A stretch of DNA of 64,000 bases, taken from Macrostomum lignano (lineage: Eukaryota). Within the stretch, counting starts at the first letter, position 1; every line of letters begins with the position of its first letter. Positions 50,846-64,000 of this stretch are shown here, one piece after another. The notes under the pieces were generated by a model. That model had not been told where the DNA came from, did no database searches, and saw only the letters and a list, made by a program, of their open reading frames with translations. The stretch covers positions 1 to 64,000 of the forward strand of contig NIVC01001635.1 in NCBI GenBank assembly GCA_002269645.1, given 5' to 3'. The translations under genes and the position numbers were made by a program.

Positions 50846-51754
50846 AACCTCCCTGTCCATGAAATAAATCTAGAAACAAAACTAACAATCCAAATAATAT
50901 GGATTACTTAAGTATATGTACAAACTGATTTTCTTCCGAGATCAATATATTCACAGTACACAAGCTGCAGAGCTCCATTTATAGAGCAATTCATTACAAG
51001 ACTCGAACTTTCTTTTATTTAGTAGCGAATGCCAAAATGAATTGGAGAGAGACTGGAGACTGAGAGAAAACCAAGTATAGAAATTTCCAGACAGGAACGA
51101 CTGAGACAGGAAAACGGAGAAAAAAGAAATTGGTACACCTTTTTTGTCTCGGCACCGCCAGCCCCCGCGACACTTCTACAGCCCGTCTGTTTGCTGGGAC
51201 TGTTTTAATAACTGGGCTTGATTTTGACATACGCAACGCAAGCCCAGACCCAGTCCCAGACCACACACAAGACTCGAACTGTTCGACTTGAAAACCCTTA
51301 GTCGTTAGAGGTGTTGACTATAGAGTTGGAAAGAAACGCACAACGTACAAACACGCACTGGAATAATTGGAAAGACCTTGAGAGACTTAGAGGGAGACTT
51401 GAGTGAGTCGTCAGACACAAGCAAAAATAGGCTTGGCTTGCCTTGCTGTGTGGCAAATGAAAAACCTCTCTGCCTCAGTGAGCGGCACGGGGGCCCTCTT
51501 TCATTCCCGCGCCTTCCCCTTCTTACTTTACTCGTCCGTCGTCTGTCTTGGGGAGGGGGACGCCCTGCCCGCCCCTATTAGTCACCCTGCCCCACCCCAT
51601 CTCGCAGCTGATTCGCCCCAGCAAGACAGACAGAGAGGAAGCTATAACAGGACCTGGGAGCTCCCCGTAGGAAGATATATATAAATATACATACGCTTTG
51701 CATACTTTACTTAACTGACTATTACTAAAAACCGTTTCTTTTTTGCTATTCCAG

Positions 51755-51780
51755 TACAGGCGCTGGTAGGAATTCCGATT
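51755..51780 (+). other. Candidate 26-nt 5'UTR exon of NLK
   Basis: Strong acceptor TTTCTTTTTTGCTATTCCAG ending 51754 and donor GTAAGT at 51781, about 320 nt upstream of the NLK ATG. No transcript evidence. Confidence 0.4.
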
Positions 51781-52100
51781 GTAAGTTAATAATATTAAAA
51801 TACACCAGAGGACCTGGAAAGTCAGCTGAGCGATATTTTATTTACGCTATACTATACTATAGTATAGTCTAGATTATTGAGAAGCTTATTAATATATTAT
51901 CGTCGCTCTTGATAGATTATTAACTGAATTAAAAGTCTAACAAACATTTAATTATACTGGTTGATTAAGTTCTGCAAAGGAGATCGCTCTAGCTTATTAA
52001 TTTTATGATAATTAAAGCTTCAATCCAGAATCTGTTTTCTTTGGGTCAAATAGTTGATTTATCTGATAGGTTTTAAGTTTCGAATAAAGTGATAGAACAC

Positions 52101-63457
<11,357 letters not shown>

Positions 63458-64000
63458 ATTAAATAATGATAAAAAGAAGTTCATCGCGTCCTTTTAGTTG
63501 CGCTGGCTGTTTTTTCCTACCCAGCTTACTTTGTCTGACTGAAGAGGATTCGATCCACGCGTGTACTGTTACCCGTGTTGCACCTGCTATTATTATTTAG
63601 TACTATGCACTATTACTTATCAATATTGCTTAGTCTGTTAGTTAGCTCTTGTTTCGCTGCTTTTCTTCTGCTTTCAGTGTTCCGTCTGTTTCTGCTTCTA
63701 AGCACATCACGTGTTTTTATTGGTCTGTTTATTTTGCTGTTTTCTGTTGTTGTTGCTGCTGAACAATATAAAAAGAAGAAACTCGCAACAAAAAAGTAGT
63801 TTCACTCAATGTCTGTACAGTACAATTTTTATGTACCTTTTATGTAGAAAAGCAAGAACCACCCTCTCTAAGCCTGCCTGTTTGAAACTTATCTGTATCT
63901 TCATAAATATGAATTTTTCTGAGCATTTAAAGCCATCCAATCCACCAGCAGTTTCATAATTGTTGCCCTTTTCCATTATTAATTCGTGAAGAACCGTAAG

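Overview
Eukaryotic (metazoan) genomic DNA with GT-AG spliceosomal introns. The repeat-stuffed introns remind me of the flatworm Macrostomum, but that is only an impression. Five genes could be assembled by hand with in-frame splice junctions. Four are co-oriented on the minus strand: CTDNEP1/Dullard (41320-34262, 5 exons), intronless PRMT6-like (33205-31949), mitochondrial Asn-tRNA ligase NARS2 (30710-27320, 4 exons) and HDAC8 (22126-19739, 3 exons). Nemo-like kinase NLK lies divergently on the plus strand (52101-63457, 8 exons). About 30 different micro/minisatellite arrays fill introns and intergenic gaps, and almost all long ORFs in the supplied track are artefacts of these arrays. Three copies of a 3.0-3.4 kb non-autonomous Helitron (TC...CTTG ends, A^T target) are present: two fused head-to-tail and one in an NLK intron. 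The first 17.5 kb alternates unique islands and arrays but yields no recognisable protein. The most interesting signals are: (i) one 28-nt minisatellite in the same sense orientation just after a splice donor in both HDAC8 and NLK; (ii) arrays built from transcription-factor consensus sites (ETS at 21-bp spacing before NARS2, CArG in an NLK intron, E2F); (iii) a 4.4-kb satellite ending 4 nt from the HDAC8 start codon; (iv) a candidate HDAC8 terminal intron that leaves the protein unchanged; (v) a rolling-circle-type Helitron junction and a mosaic Helitron copy. Functional readings are inference, and no database search was run.
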